Part shown: piece by piece, positions 1 to 11,803 of the stretch
Position numbering within the stretch: position 1 is the first letter of the stretch
Layout of the letters: each line of letters begins with the position of its first letter
From: Candidatus Latescibacterota bacterium
GTDB lineage: Bacteria > Latescibacterota > UBA2968
DNA length: 64,000 nt
Direction: 5' to 3'
Assembly (NCBI GenBank): GCA_965116885.1
Contig: OZ220741.1
Coordinates: forward strand, 3,968,001 to 4,032,000
Notes under the pieces: generated by a model
Databases searched by the model: none
What the model was told of the DNA's origin: nothing
The model's input: the letters and a program-made list of their open reading frames with translations, nothing else
Program-made: the position numbers and the translations under genes

Positions 1-507
1 CCCGTTAATAAACTCGTGGATATGGATCTGAAAAAGCTCACGACAATGAAGGGAATCGGGCGAGCAAAAGCCGCGGGTTTGGTCGCGGGATTTGAACTGG
101 CAAAACGAGGTCTCAATCAGGGAATAGGAATTGAACCTTCTATTACGAGTCCGGTTGACGTTTTGGGGTTTCTGACCGATATCAAAGATCGGCGCAAAGA
201 ATATTTTGTGGCGCTTTTTCTCAATGCTCGGAATCAGGTGATTTGCCGCGAAGATGTGTCGGTTGGCTCTCTCAACGCCTCGCTCGTGCATCCGCGAGAA
301 GTGTTTGCGCCAGCCGTGGGGTCGTCTGCTGCGAGTGTAATCCTGGCGCACAATCATCCCAGTGGTGATGTAACACCGAGCCGAGAAGATATTGAACTCA
401 CGCGCCGCATGGTGCAGGCAGGGGAGATTATGGGGATTGAGGTGTTGGACCATCTGATCGTCGGTTCGGAGCGGTTCTTGAGTATGAAAGAGGCGAATGT
501 TTTTTAG
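1..507 (+). CDS. radC: RadC/JAB-domain protein, 5'-truncated by the window edge
   Basis: GIGRAKA HhH motif, VHPREVF, AHNHPSGD..PS..D, LDHLI; frame is open back to base 1. Confidence 0.95.
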   Translation, partial: PVNKLVDMDLKKLTTMKGIGRAKAAGLVAGFELAKRGLNQGIGIEPSITSPVDVLGFLTDIKDRRKEYFVALFLNARNQVICREDVSVGSLNASLVHPREVFAPAVGSSAASVILAHNHPSGDVTPSREDIELTRRMVQAGEIMGIEVLDHLIVGSERFLSMKEANVF

Positions 508-515
508 GTGGTGAT

Positions 516-1325
516 ATGAGCCGGATATTGACATTGACGACAGATTTTGGCATTTCTGATGGCTATGTTGGCGCGATGAAGGGCGTGGTGCTCACCTGTG
601 CGCCGGACGCTCAAATTGTAGATATAACACATCAGGTGCCACCTCAGGATATTGCTGCTGGTGCGTTTGCGATGTATTGCGCATGCCCTTTTTTTTCAGA
701 GGGTAGTGTGCATGTTGGGGTGGTTGATCCCGGAGTGGGGAGTGATCGACGGGGTATTGTCGTTGAAACAGAGCAATTTGTGTATGTCGGACCGGATAAT
801 GGCCTGTTTTCTCCTGTTTACGAGCGGGAAATTGTACGGCGTATTGTAGCGATTGAAAATACGGCACTGATGCGCCCGCAAGTGAGTTCGACGTTTCACG
901 GACGAGATGTATTTGCTCCGGTGGGGGCGCATTTACTCCGAGGGATATCGTGTGAAGAGGTGGGACCGGAAATTGAGTTTCCAGTTACATGCGATTTGTG
1001 GGGCGTTGAAGAACGCGCCGATACACTCGTTGGACGAGTGGTATGTGTTGACCATTTTGGCAATGCGATCTCAATGATTGCGCGGTCGCACATTGATGAA
1101 AAATATCCCGATGGGGATTTCGAGATCGTCGTTGGGAAGACCCGGTTTGATCGGATATGTCAGACATATAGCGAGGTCAAAGAAGGAGAAGCTCTGGCGC
1201 TTTACGGCAGTTTGGATACGCTGGAGATCGCGGTTTGCGAGGGCAGTGCAAGCAGGACGCTCGGTGTAAAACGAGGGGATGAGATCTGTGTGTATAGGGA
1301 TCAGGGAAGGAGAGGTAGGAGTTGA
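516..1325 (+). CDS. SAM hydroxide adenosyltransferase / chlorinase-fluorinase family (DUF62)
   Basis: LTTDFG, VVDPGVGS, GPDNG, STFHGRDVFAP, DHFGN motifs. Confidence 0.93.
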   Translation: MSRILTLTTDFGISDGYVGAMKGVVLTCAPDAQIVDITHQVPPQDIAAGAFAMYCACPFFSEGSVHVGVVDPGVGSDRRGIVVETEQFVYVGPDNGLFSPVYEREIVRRIVAIENTALMRPQVSSTFHGRDVFAPVGAHLLRGISCEEVGPEIEFPVTCDLWGVEERADTLVGRVVCVDHFGNAISMIARSHIDEKYPDGDFEIVVGKTRFDRICQTYSEVKEGEALALYGSLDTLEIAVCEGSASRTLGVKRGDEICVYRDQGRRGRS

Positions 1326-1990
1326 GAGATGCGGTCTATTTCGATATCGGGCTGTTCTGGTGGGTTTTGAGGCTTTCTGTTTTTTTGTCGGCCATGGCGC
1401 ATACGTAAGGTAGCCATACCCAGGGTTTTTGCCGTGGCGATTTCGTCGGTGAGTTTGTCTCCCACGCATAGAATGTGGGCGTGGGGCAAGGATAATGCTT
1501 TTGCGGCCTGTATGAGCGATGGCTCTTTATCGCTGCTTTTTCGGTCGTCGTGCAGGATGAGAGTATTGTTGCCCTCGCTAAAATAATTGCACAAGCCGAG
1601 GAGGCGAACTTTTTCACGCTGACGATCGGGATTTCCAGAGGTGACGAGGGCGAGTTGATAACCGCGCTGGACAAGGGTGGTGAGGGTAGGTATTACATCG
1701 GGGAAAAGGGTGATGGTCTCCACAGTGCTGGGATTGTAGGCATTAAGTGCCTGTTCCACGATGCTGGGCGGGATATTGTACTGTGCACCAAGTATGCGAA
1801 TGGCCTCTGAAGACCCATGTGTTTGGGAAAGCAATACCTGTTGCCGATAGCCAGTCTTAATTGAGAGAGCGGGATGTGCAGATGCGAGGATTTGAGCAGC
1901 TCTGCGGCGCGCGGGTTGGGTGAGTTGTCCCGTGCAGTCAAAGAGGGTGTCGTCGAGGTCAAAAATAATGCCTCTAATTTTTGCCTTCAT
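1301..1990 (-). CDS. HAD-superfamily hydrolase
   Basis: FDLDDTL motif I and VGDK..DEI motif IV; ATG at 1990 overlaps the upstream TGA (ATGA coupling), so it is preferred over the 2176 ORF start. Confidence 0.88.
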   Translation of the reverse strand: MKAKIRGIIFDLDDTLFDCTGQLTQPARRRAAQILASAHPALSIKTGYRQQVLLSQTHGSSEAIRILGAQYNIPPSIVEQALNAYNPSTVETITLFPDVIPTLTTLVQRGYQLALVTSGNPDRQREKVRLLGLCNYFSEGNNTLILHDDRKSSDKEPSLIQAAKALSLPHAHILCVGDKLTDEIATAKTLGMATLRMRHGRQKNRKPQNPPEQPDIEIDRISQLLPLLP

Positions 1991-3945
1991 TCGTCCATGC
2001 CCCAGTAGTCGGGCACGCTCAGGCCGCAGAAAATGCGGCAGATCGCATCGGCGACTTTGGCCGGGTCGTGGCTGATAAAATCGCCTGCGCCGCGCTCTAT
2101 GGCATCGGGATAAAATTCTTCTAAGAAGTCCGCGCGGGTCCAGGAGCCGAGTGCGTCGAGCGTTTCTGAATCGCATTCGACGAGGACTTTGCCATCTTTT
2201 TTGTACTTCTTGAGCAATGGATGCCAGTCCTGGCCTTTAGATGTTTGGAATATACGGGGGTTCTGTACGAGCATGTGATCAACGACGCCGTCGCGCTGAT
2301 TTTTGGGAAGGTGATTGAGGATGGTTTTGAGATGGTCAGAAGCTCTAAAATCATCGGTTTGCCCGGGTTGTGTGACGATGTTGCAAATATAGATGGTTTT
2401 GCCCTGAGTGCGTTTGATCAGTGCTTTTCGAATGTCGGGCACGAGAAGATTGGTGATGACACTTGTGAACAAGCTACCCGGCCCAATGACGACGACATCG
2501 GCATCGGCAATGGCTCGCTGAGCCTCGCGCGGTGCTTTGATCTGATTTTGTTCCAGGCTCACTTTGCGCCCCTGGCGCACACGGATCTCAACCTGTCCTG
2601 TTTCTGGATCTATGACGTGCTCGAGTGCGCTGTTTTTGCGATTGAGTTCGCGCAATAGTGCGTCATTGGTGACGAGATACGCCCGATCAATCGGTGGTTT
2701 GTCGGGTTTTCTGACCATCCATTCGGTATATCGATGTTCGTCATTTGCCAGTTTGGCGCAAATATCGACATTGTCGATGCTGGCCGGGAAAACTGTACCC
2801 TGCACGTGCAACATGTCGCTGGCTGTTTTTATTGCCGCGTGAAAATCGCCGAGTTGCTGGGTGAGCGCAGCCACAAGAAAATTGCCAATATGGTCGTTCT
2901 TAAAAATACCGGATTCTTGTTCGCTGTTGGGAAAGCGGTGCTGGAAAACATTGAAAAGCCCCTGAGATATTTGTTCGGGGTCGGCGAGTGCTGTGAGGGC
3001 ATTGCGTATGTCACCGGGGGGCTGTACTCCCAAATTCCAGCGAATACGTCCCGAGGAAGCTCCCGTATCGGTCACGGCAACGATGGCTGTGGGATGATGG
3101 GTATAGGGGCGTAGCCCGCGCAAAACAGTGGGCAGGCCAGTGCCACCGCCGATAACGGCGATTTTGAATCGGTCGGGGGTTTTGCCGATCCGCGAGAGGT
3201 GCAACAACGTGGATAGTTGGGCGAGGTATTTGATTTCGTAGTTGGGACGGTCGCCTATCGCGGGTGTTTCTCGGGAGAATCTTCCGCGCCGCAACCAGAT
3301 CGTGGTGAGGCCCTGGCGATTGCCCGCGCGGATTTCGTCATGGGTGCGGTCGCCAACGACGATGAGTTGGTCGGGAGAGAGGTTGTGGCTTTCCATGAGT
3401 TCTGAAAACCAGTAAGCATGTGCAGGGGGACCTTCGTTGATGATGCGATCAAAATAAGGAGCAATGTCCAGGCGTTCAATTTTGTTGCGCTGACGGCGCG
3501 CCCTGCCCAGCGTGATCAGAAATAGTTTATAGCCCGCCTGGCGCAATTCCCGGAGGGTATGTAAGGCGTCGGGGTAGGGGCGAATGTCTTCTACATCTTC
3601 GGCATTGTAAACGCGCTCCATCTCAGCTACAAGGGCTTCGACCGGCTCGGCTTCCGGGTCGGTTTTTTGTTTGTCGAGAAAACGGCGTACCTGATCGGGT
3701 TTGTCTTTGAAGACGGCTTTGGCGATATCAAAAAAAGCGAAATAATAGGGCGAGGAGGAATAATAAGGACCGTGTTTGCGTTCGAGGGTATTGATGCGCT
3801 GGCGTGCGTAGGCGCGGGTGGCAAAAAAACCGTTTGAAAATAGAAAGGTGGCGACGCGTTGGCGCGCAGCATGTACGACGGGTGTCAGATCAAAGAGGGT
3901 TCCGTCGAGGTCGAATACGATTGCGCGGGCATTTTCCAGGGACAC
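1987..3945 (-). CDS. Fusion of an N-terminal HAD hydrolase and a C-terminal YvcK/GlmR (UPF0052, CofD-like) domain
   Basis: FDLDGTL and VGDR in the N-terminal part; GGGTGL, VTDTGASSG, PPGDIRN, GPGSLFTS, TQPGQTD, HDP in the C-terminal part. Confidence 0.88.
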   Translation of the reverse strand: MSLENARAIVFDLDGTLFDLTPVVHAARQRVATFLFSNGFFATRAYARQRINTLERKHGPYYSSSPYYFAFFDIAKAVFKDKPDQVRRFLDKQKTDPEAEPVEALVAEMERVYNAEDVEDIRPYPDALHTLRELRQAGYKLFLITLGRARRQRNKIERLDIAPYFDRIINEGPPAHAYWFSELMESHNLSPDQLIVVGDRTHDEIRAGNRQGLTTIWLRRGRFSRETPAIGDRPNYEIKYLAQLSTLLHLSRIGKTPDRFKIAVIGGGTGLPTVLRGLRPYTHHPTAIVAVTDTGASSGRIRWNLGVQPPGDIRNALTALADPEQISQGLFNVFQHRFPNSEQESGIFKNDHIGNFLVAALTQQLGDFHAAIKTASDMLHVQGTVFPASIDNVDICAKLANDEHRYTEWMVRKPDKPPIDRAYLVTNDALLRELNRKNSALEHVIDPETGQVEIRVRQGRKVSLEQNQIKAPREAQRAIADADVVVIGPGSLFTSVITNLLVPDIRKALIKRTQGKTIYICNIVTQPGQTDDFRASDHLKTILNHLPKNQRDGVVDHMLVQNPRIFQTSKGQDWHPLLKKYKKDGKVLVECDSETLDALGSWTRADFLEEFYPDAIERGAGDFISHDPAKVADAICRIFCGLSVPDYWGMDE

Positions 3946-4045
3946 GGCACATCTCCGCGGTTGAGTTGTGGGGCAAAGAGGAAGATAAGACTTTTTAGAT
4001 TAAGAAAAAAAATAAAAGTGGGGAAGAAGAAAGATTGTGCAGATA

Positions 4046-4744
4046 ATGTGGAAAATTTGGAAGGCGGCACTCAATTTTGTTTATCCGTCGTCTTGTATGC
4101 TTTGCCAGGCATCACTGCCGGATTCGCCAGGGCTGTGTGATTCGTGTTGGGATGATATCGATATTTGGGATTCGGGATTACACGAGGTGGATTTTGAACA
4201 CGAACTTGATCAGATAGTTATTTTATATCAATTTAATGATTGTATTCGGTCTTTAATTCACGCGCTCAAATACCGGGGAAAAACACTTCCTGGACAGATG
4301 TTTGGGAAGGCTTTGGGGCAGCGCATTGGAGGCCTCTTCGATCCCGATACGGTGATTGTCCCGGTACCACTTCACTCTGCAAAAAAAAGAGAACGCGGAT
4401 ACAATCAAAGTGAGATTATTGCACGGGCTACAGGACGAGTGTCGGGTTTGCAAGTGCTGGCAAACGCGCTGAAAAGAGTGCGGCCAACTCCTACGCAGAC
4501 ACAATTGGGCGTTTTGGAACGTCAATACAATGTGCAGGGAGCATTTCACGTGCGTCTTCCCGCGTCTATTAAGGGACGAAAGATATTTTTGATTGACGAT
4601 GTCATCACAACGGGCGCGACGCTCAATGCATGTGTGCAGGCTCTGCGATCTGCGGGGGCGCAATGCGTGTCTGTTGGCGCTGTTGCCAGTCCCCCATTTG
4701 GTGAGGATGATCTGTCTCAATATGTAGAAAAAACTGGGTCTTGA
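4046..4744 (+). CDS. comF: ComF family protein (zinc ribbon plus PRTase domain)
   Basis: CxxC...CxxC, VPVPLH..K.RERGYNQS, LIDDVITTGAT. Confidence 0.9.
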   Translation: MWKIWKAALNFVYPSSCMLCQASLPDSPGLCDSCWDDIDIWDSGLHEVDFEHELDQIVILYQFNDCIRSLIHALKYRGKTLPGQMFGKALGQRIGGLFDPDTVIVPVPLHSAKKRERGYNQSEIIARATGRVSGLQVLANALKRVRPTPTQTQLGVLERQYNVQGAFHVRLPASIKGRKIFLIDDVITTGATLNACVQALRSAGAQCVSVGAVASPPFGEDDLSQYVEKTGS

Positions 4745-4781
4745 CGCTGATTTTATATTTTAGTGAGCGGATACAACGGGC

Positions 4782-4810
4782 TTGACAGGTATGTTGCAAT
4801 ACCTTAAACT
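4782..4810 (+). promoter_or_regulatory. Sigma70-type promoter of the glycolytic operon
   Basis: TTGACA (4782-4787), 17-nt spacer, TAAACT (4805-4810), about 70 nt upstream of pfkA. Confidence 0.6.
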
Positions 4811-4880
4811 TCAGGTCTTTGAAAATCTTAAAGGGCCCAGGCGCTTATGCTCATGATAGTGATTTTGTAAGGGAGATATT

Positions 4881-6970
<2,090 letters not shown>

Positions 6971-7007
6971 AATAATAGCGGATTTTGGCTTTTTGAGAGG
7001 CGATGGC

Positions 7008-8210
7008 GTGGCGAAGTTGTCGATTACAGACCTGGATTTGAAGGATAAACGCGTTCTGGTGCGCGTTGATTTTAATGTACCCATTGAAAATGGGCAGGTC
7101 GCAGATGATACGCGCTTGCGAGCTTCTTTGCCTACGATCCAATACATTTTGGATGCGGGGGGGCAGCCCGTGTTGATGTCTCATTTGGGGCGCCCTGATG
7201 GCGAGGTAGTGCCCGGGTTATCGCTTGCGCCAGTGGCCGAGGTCCTTCAACTACTGCTGGGACGCGAAGTGCTTCTATCGCCAGACTGCGTGGGGGAAGC
7301 AACAACCTCATTGGTGAAACGCGCGCCCGAAGGTTCGGTTGTACTGCTCGAAAATTTGCGATTTCATGCTGACGAAGAAGCCAATGCACCGGGTTTTGCC
7401 ACACAATTATCAGAATTGGGTGATGTGTATGTCAACGATGCCTTTGGCAGTGCCCATCGCGCGCATGCCTCTACTGAAGGCGTTACCCATTATTTTGTTG
7501 ACTGTGCTACGGGTTTGTTGATGCAGAAAGAATTGGAATATCTGGGTACGGCATTGGCCGATCCCGGACGGCCTTATGTTGCTATTATGGGCGGGGCAAA
7601 AATTTCCGGTAAAATTGATGTGATTGAAAATTTGTTTTCAAAAGTGGATACCCTGCTCATTGGCGGTGGTATGGCGTTTACGTTTTTTAAGGCGATGGGT
7701 CTGGAAATTGGCAAGTCGTTGTTGGAGGAAGATCGCGTTGGAGTCGCTGCCCATTTGTTAAAGCGCGCAGAGGCCGAAGGTGTAGATCTGATATTGCCGA
7801 CCGATACGGTTGTGGCGGCAGAGATGACGGAGGGGATACCTGCTCAGGTTGTGCCACGAGATCAAATTCCAGCAGATTTGGAGGGGTTTGATATCGGGAT
7901 TGAGACGCGGAAACGATTTTCCAATGTGGTTTTGAGTGCTAAAACCGTGGTGTGGAATGGGCCTTTGGGAGTGTGCGAAATTTTCTCGTTTTCAAAGGGG
8001 TCGCGTGCGGTTGCCGAGGCACTGGTTACGGCGACTGTGCGCGGTGCAACGACGATTGTTGGTGGGGGGGAAACTGCTGCTGCGATGTCAGATTTTGGCG
8101 TGGCGGAAAAATTGAGCCACGTCTCGACTGGGGGCGGGGCTTCTCTGGAGTTTTTAGAAGGCCAAACACTGCCCGGTGTGGCGGCACTTTCGGATAGGGA
8201 AGAGGAATAG
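7008..8210 (+). CDS. pgk: Phosphoglycerate kinase
   Basis: RVDFNVP, SHLGRP, LLENLRF, NDAFG.AHRAHAS, HVSTGGGASLE; GTG start assumed. Confidence 0.97.
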   Translation: MAKLSITDLDLKDKRVLVRVDFNVPIENGQVADDTRLRASLPTIQYILDAGGQPVLMSHLGRPDGEVVPGLSLAPVAEVLQLLLGREVLLSPDCVGEATTSLVKRAPEGSVVLLENLRFHADEEANAPGFATQLSELGDVYVNDAFGSAHRAHASTEGVTHYFVDCATGLLMQKELEYLGTALADPGRPYVAIMGGAKISGKIDVIENLFSKVDTLLIGGGMAFTFFKAMGLEIGKSLLEEDRVGVAAHLLKRAEAEGVDLILPTDTVVAAEMTEGIPAQVVPRDQIPADLEGFDIGIETRKRFSNVVLSAKTVVWNGPLGVCEIFSFSKGSRAVAEALVTATVRGATTIVGGGETAAAMSDFGVAEKLSHVSTGGGASLEFLEGQTLPGVAALSDREEE

Positions 8211-8281
8211 GAATTAAGAATTAAAAATTGGGAGTTTGGGACTGGTGTTGGGGGGCTGATAACTGACTGCTGACAACTGAA
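8205..8281 (+). repeat. Degenerate heptamer arrays (GAATTAA-like and CTGAC(T/A)-like) between pgk and tpiA
   Basis: GAATAG GAATTAA GAATTAA AAATT ... GCTGATAACTGACTGCTGACAACTGA. Confidence 0.6.
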
Positions 8282-8292
8282 AGGGCGTAGCG

Positions 8293-9048
8293 ATGCGAAC
8301 GCCATTTGTGGCGGGAAATTGGAAGCTGAATAAAACACCTGATGAGGCGGAAACCCTTGCGCGATGCGTGGTGGGTGCGGTATCGGGCGTGACGGATGTG
8401 GATGTGGCGATATGTCCGCCTTTTACGGCGCTGGAACGGGTTTCAAGTGTGGTGTGCTGTACTGGTGTAGGGCTGGGTGCTCAGAATATGTACTGGGAGG
8501 CTGAAGGTGCTTTTACGGGTGAGGTTTCGGCCCCCATGCTGTTGACTTGCGGTTGTGAATACGTTATATTAGGACACTCTGAACGAAGGCAGTTTTTTGG
8601 CGAAACAGACGATACTGTCAACCGCCGTTTAAAGGCTGCCCTGAGTGCTGAATTGAAGCCTATTGTGTGTATTGGCGAGTCTTTTGATGAGCGTCAGGCC
8701 GATGTGACTGAGCAGGTGGTTGAGACGCAAACGCGGGGTGCTCTGGACGGCATTTCCGCTGATGATGCACAGGGCATTACCCTGGCTTATGAGCCTGTTT
8801 GGGCCATTGGCACGGGACTGACGGCGACGCCGGAACAGGCAGAGGCTGTCCATGCGTTTCTCCGACAGGTATTGGCGCAAATTTATGACGACGATGTCGC
8901 GCAGGCGGTTCGCATTCAATATGGCGGGTCTGTGAAGCCCGATAATGCGGCGGAGTTGTTTCAGCAGGACAATATTGACGGAGGATTGATCGGCGGGGCT
9001 TCGCTGGAGGCCGACGATTTTGCCGCTATTGTGAAAGCGGCTATATAG
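8293..9048 (+). CDS. tpiA: Triosephosphate isomerase
   Basis: AGNWKLN, GHSERR, AYEPVWAIGTG, YGGSVKP, GGASL. Confidence 0.98.
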   Translation: MRTPFVAGNWKLNKTPDEAETLARCVVGAVSGVTDVDVAICPPFTALERVSSVVCCTGVGLGAQNMYWEAEGAFTGEVSAPMLLTCGCEYVILGHSERRQFFGETDDTVNRRLKAALSAELKPIVCIGESFDERQADVTEQVVETQTRGALDGISADDAQGITLAYEPVWAIGTGLTATPEQAEAVHAFLRQVLAQIYDDDVAQAVRIQYGGSVKPDNAAELFQQDNIDGGLIGGASLEADDFAAIVKAAI

Positions 9049-9056
9049 AGGGTGCT

Positions 9057-9449
9057 ATGGAAATTTTTCTTTTGATTGTTCATGTGATCGTTTGTGCGGT
9101 ACTCATTCTGGTTATTTTGATGCAGCCCGGCAGAAGTGGTGGGCTGTCCGGCGGTGCTTTTGGCGGTATGGGTGGTGGTGGCACATCGATGTTTGGCGGG
9201 GGTGGTGCCGTGCCTATGTTGGCAAAAGTGACGACGTATGTGGGGATTATTTTCGCGCTGACGTGCATCGGGCTTTGGTACGCGGGACGTTCGACGGACT
9301 CTGTACCGTCAACGGCTGCTGAGCGATTAATGGAAGAGGGGCAGATGCCCATGCAACAAATTCCTCAACCTTTGACCTTTCCGGAAACCACACCCACTGA
9401 AGGAACAACCCAAACAGCACCGGCCGATACCGGCAGTACCACGCCGTAG
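9057..9449 (+). CDS. secG: Preprotein translocase subunit SecG
   Basis: Two TM helices around a Gly-rich loop after ILMQ; canonical position after tpiA. Confidence 0.93.
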   Translation: MEIFLLIVHVIVCAVLILVILMQPGRSGGLSGGAFGGMGGGGTSMFGGGGAVPMLAKVTTYVGIIFALTCIGLWYAGRSTDSVPSTAAERLMEEGQMPMQQIPQPLTFPETTPTEGTTQTAPADTGSTTP

Positions 9450-9456
9450 ATTTTGT

Positions 9457-9543
9457 GCCGAAGTGGTGGAATTGGTAGACACGCTGTCTTGAGGGGGCAG
9501 TACTCGAAAGGGTGTAGGGGTTCGAATCCCCTCTTCGGCACCA
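9457..9543 (+). tRNA. tRNA-Leu (anticodon GAG), CCA encoded
   Basis: Acceptor GCCGAAG/CTTCGGC-A-CCA, D-loop GGAATTGGTAGAC, anticodon arm CTGTC-TTGAGGG-GGCAG, long variable arm, GTTCGAATC T-loop. Confidence 0.97.
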
Positions 9544-9553
9544 CAATAAAAGC

Positions 9554-9588
9554 AAGGGCTTGTGATATATGCATCGCAAGCCCTTTTT
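9554..9588 (+). terminator. Intrinsic terminator after tRNA-Leu
   Basis: AAGGGCTTGTGAT-ATATGC-ATCGCAAGCCCTT followed by a T run. Confidence 0.8.
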
Positions 9589-9610
9589 CTGTCGATAGGA
9601 GTAAGAGGCC

Positions 9611-11197
9611 ATGCGTTGGCATATCCTCGCCTTACTATCCATTGTGCTTCTGATTCAACCTCTTCGGGCTAATGTCGCGTTAGAACAAGTCCCCAGTCCA
9701 GATTTTGATAATAGTGGCGTGGTTGATTTTCCCGACTTTTTGCTATTTGTGGCCAAGTTTGGAGCACGTCAGAGCGATGAAAAGTATGATGAGCGTTTTG
9801 ATTTGGATGGCGATGGTGAGATCGGGTTCGACGATTTTTTGCGTTTTGCCACAGACTTTGGCAAAACAGTCGCGCCAGATGGGGGGACTCCGACGGGAGA
9901 TAATAGGAAAATTCTCGGCTCGTTATTTATCTCGAAGGTATGGGCTGGACATCCCGTTAATTTTGACCTGTTGACTTATGGCGATGTACAATTTGTCGCA
10001 TTTTACGATGCCGACCGCAAAATGACGGTGGGAATGAGAAATTTAGATGCAGGGACGTGGACATTTGAACAGCCCAGAGGTGTATGGCTGGAGAATCGAG
10101 GCCGACTGTCGTCGGAAACTGGATGGGACACTCACAATTATCTGACGATGGCCATTGATGCCGACGATCACATTCATTTGAGCGGGAATATGCACGTGGA
10201 TCCGCTGATTTACTTTCGCACAACGCGGCCTCTCGATGTGAGGCGTTTTGAGCGCATTGATTCTATGGTGGGAGAAAGTGAAGACCGCTGTACTTATCCC
10301 GTGTTTATGCGCGGTCCCAATAATGAGTTAATTTTCAGGTATCGAGACGGCAGTAGTGGTAATGCGGTTGAATTTTACAATATCTATGATGTTGAGACCA
10401 GAACCTGGCGAAGATTGCACGATACGCCGTTATTAGATGGGTTGGGGCGGATGAATGCGTACGCACGCAGCCCCCAGAAAGGTCCCGATGGGATGTTCCA
10501 CATGATCTGGATGTGGCGCGATACACCCGATGCTGCGACCAATCACGATATCTCCTATGCCCGTAGCCGAGATCTGGTCGCCTGGGAAACGGGTGGCGGC
10601 GATGCGCTGGAATTACCGATTACAATAGAAAGCGGTGCCATTGTCGATCCCGTGCCGCCGAGGAGTGGAATGATAAATATGACGCAGTCATTGGGTTTTG
10701 ATCACCAGAAACGCCCGGTGATCAGTTATCACAAGCACGATGAAAATGGATACACGCAAGCCTATTGTGCGCGATTGGAATACGGCGAATGGGTTGTGTA
10801 CAAGGTGAGCGATTGGACCTATCGGTGGGAATTTGGAGGGGGCGGATCAATTGTCGCAGAGATTCGGTTGGGCAGCGTAAAGGTGGAGTCCGATGGGGGC
10901 CTGAGTATGAGCTATATACATGCGAAAGAAGGACGGGGGATCTGGAAGTTGGATCCCCAAAGTCTGCAAGTGATCGGGACTTATCCGCCGCCCCCGAGTG
11001 CGATACCCGGAGAATTGGCGCGCGTGATTTCTCAGTACCCGGGGATGAGGATCAATACGCGCTGGGCGCGGGGATCAGGCACAAGACCCGGTGAGCGATA
11101 TCTCTTGCGCTGGGAAACGCTGGGGCGCAATCGGGACCTGCCCCGAGAGGAGATCCCACCGCCGAGTGATTTGAGGCTTTATATTCTTTCGAAGTAA
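9611..11197 (+). CDS. Secreted BNR-repeat (BNR_4-like) beta-propeller protein with N-terminal dockerin/EF-hand-like pair
   Basis: Signal peptide; DFDNSGVVDFPDF and DLDGDGEIGFDDF; D.HN..MAID...IHLSGNMH, TYP.F, FRYRDG.SG, YARSRDL..W. Confidence 0.75.
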   Translation: MRWHILALLSIVLLIQPLRANVALEQVPSPDFDNSGVVDFPDFLLFVAKFGARQSDEKYDERFDLDGDGEIGFDDFLRFATDFGKTVAPDGGTPTGDNRKILGSLFISKVWAGHPVNFDLLTYGDVQFVAFYDADRKMTVGMRNLDAGTWTFEQPRGVWLENRGRLSSETGWDTHNYLTMAIDADDHIHLSGNMHVDPLIYFRTTRPLDVRRFERIDSMVGESEDRCTYPVFMRGPNNELIFRYRDGSSGNAVEFYNIYDVETRTWRRLHDTPLLDGLGRMNAYARSPQKGPDGMFHMIWMWRDTPDAATNHDISYARSRDLVAWETGGGDALELPITIESGAIVDPVPPRSGMINMTQSLGFDHQKRPVISYHKHDENGYTQAYCARLEYGEWVVYKVSDWTYRWEFGGGGSIVAEIRLGSVKVESDGGLSMSYIHAKEGRGIWKLDPQSLQVIGTYPPPPSAIPGELARVISQYPGMRINTRWARGSGTRPGERYLLRWETLGRNRDLPREEIPPPSDLRLYILSK

Positions 11198-11241
11198 AAG
11201 CCCATTGGTTGCGTATGTACAACATCAACGGAGGATGCTTT

Positions 11242-11730
11242 ATGAAACGGCTCTATATCGTGCGTCATGCCAAGTCGGATTGGAGTTATGTCGGGTTGGC
11301 TGATTTTGATCGGCCCCTGAACAAGCGCGGAAGAAGGGATTCGAAGCGCATGGGCAAATATCTGAAGCGGGCGTGGAAGGTCAAACCAGATTACTTGTTG
11401 TGCAGCACGGCCAAGCGCGTGCGATCTACTGTCAAGCGGTTGCGCAAATCTCTCAATTTTTCCAAAAAACGGATTGAATGGCACGGGCGCATTTATTCGG
11501 GGCACAGTGGGGATGTGCTGGATTTGATTCGACAGGTCGATAATCGGTATCGGGAGGTTATGGTGATAGGACATAATCCGGATATGACCGTATTGGTCAA
11601 TGAACTCACGGGATCTGCTATCGCCAATGTGCCGACTTGTGGTGTCGCAGGTATTGATCTGCCGATTGATGATTGGTCGGATGCAGTGTCGGGAGATCTG
11701 GTGTTTTTTGAGGTGCCCAAGTCGATTTGA
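11242..11730 (+). CDS. sixA: SixA-like histidine phosphatase
   Basis: RHAKSDW, DFDRPLNKRG, CSTA.R, IGHNP; RBS GGAGG. Confidence 0.9.
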   Translation: MKRLYIVRHAKSDWSYVGLADFDRPLNKRGRRDSKRMGKYLKRAWKVKPDYLLCSTAKRVRSTVKRLRKSLNFSKKRIEWHGRIYSGHSGDVLDLIRQVDNRYREVMVIGHNPDMTVLVNELTGSAIANVPTCGVAGIDLPIDDWSDAVSGDLVFFEVPKSI

Positions 11731-11803
11731 CATGGCTGTAACTTATCCGCAACCTGACTGTCACAGAATGCGGGTATTTTCTCACCTCAGTCAGCTTCCG
11801 CGT

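Noticed and set aside
1..507. radC as a marker of a mobile element
   Set aside because: It carries the HhH region of the long chromosomal form and has housekeeping neighbours.
516..1325. True fluorinase/chlorinase for halometabolite synthesis
   Set aside because: It retains the HGRD motif typical of the widespread DUF62 hydroxide adenosyltransferases and has no biosynthetic cluster context.
9457..11197. Genomic island integrated at tRNA-Leu
   Set aside because: No integrase, and I did not see a duplicated tRNA 3' end elsewhere in the window.
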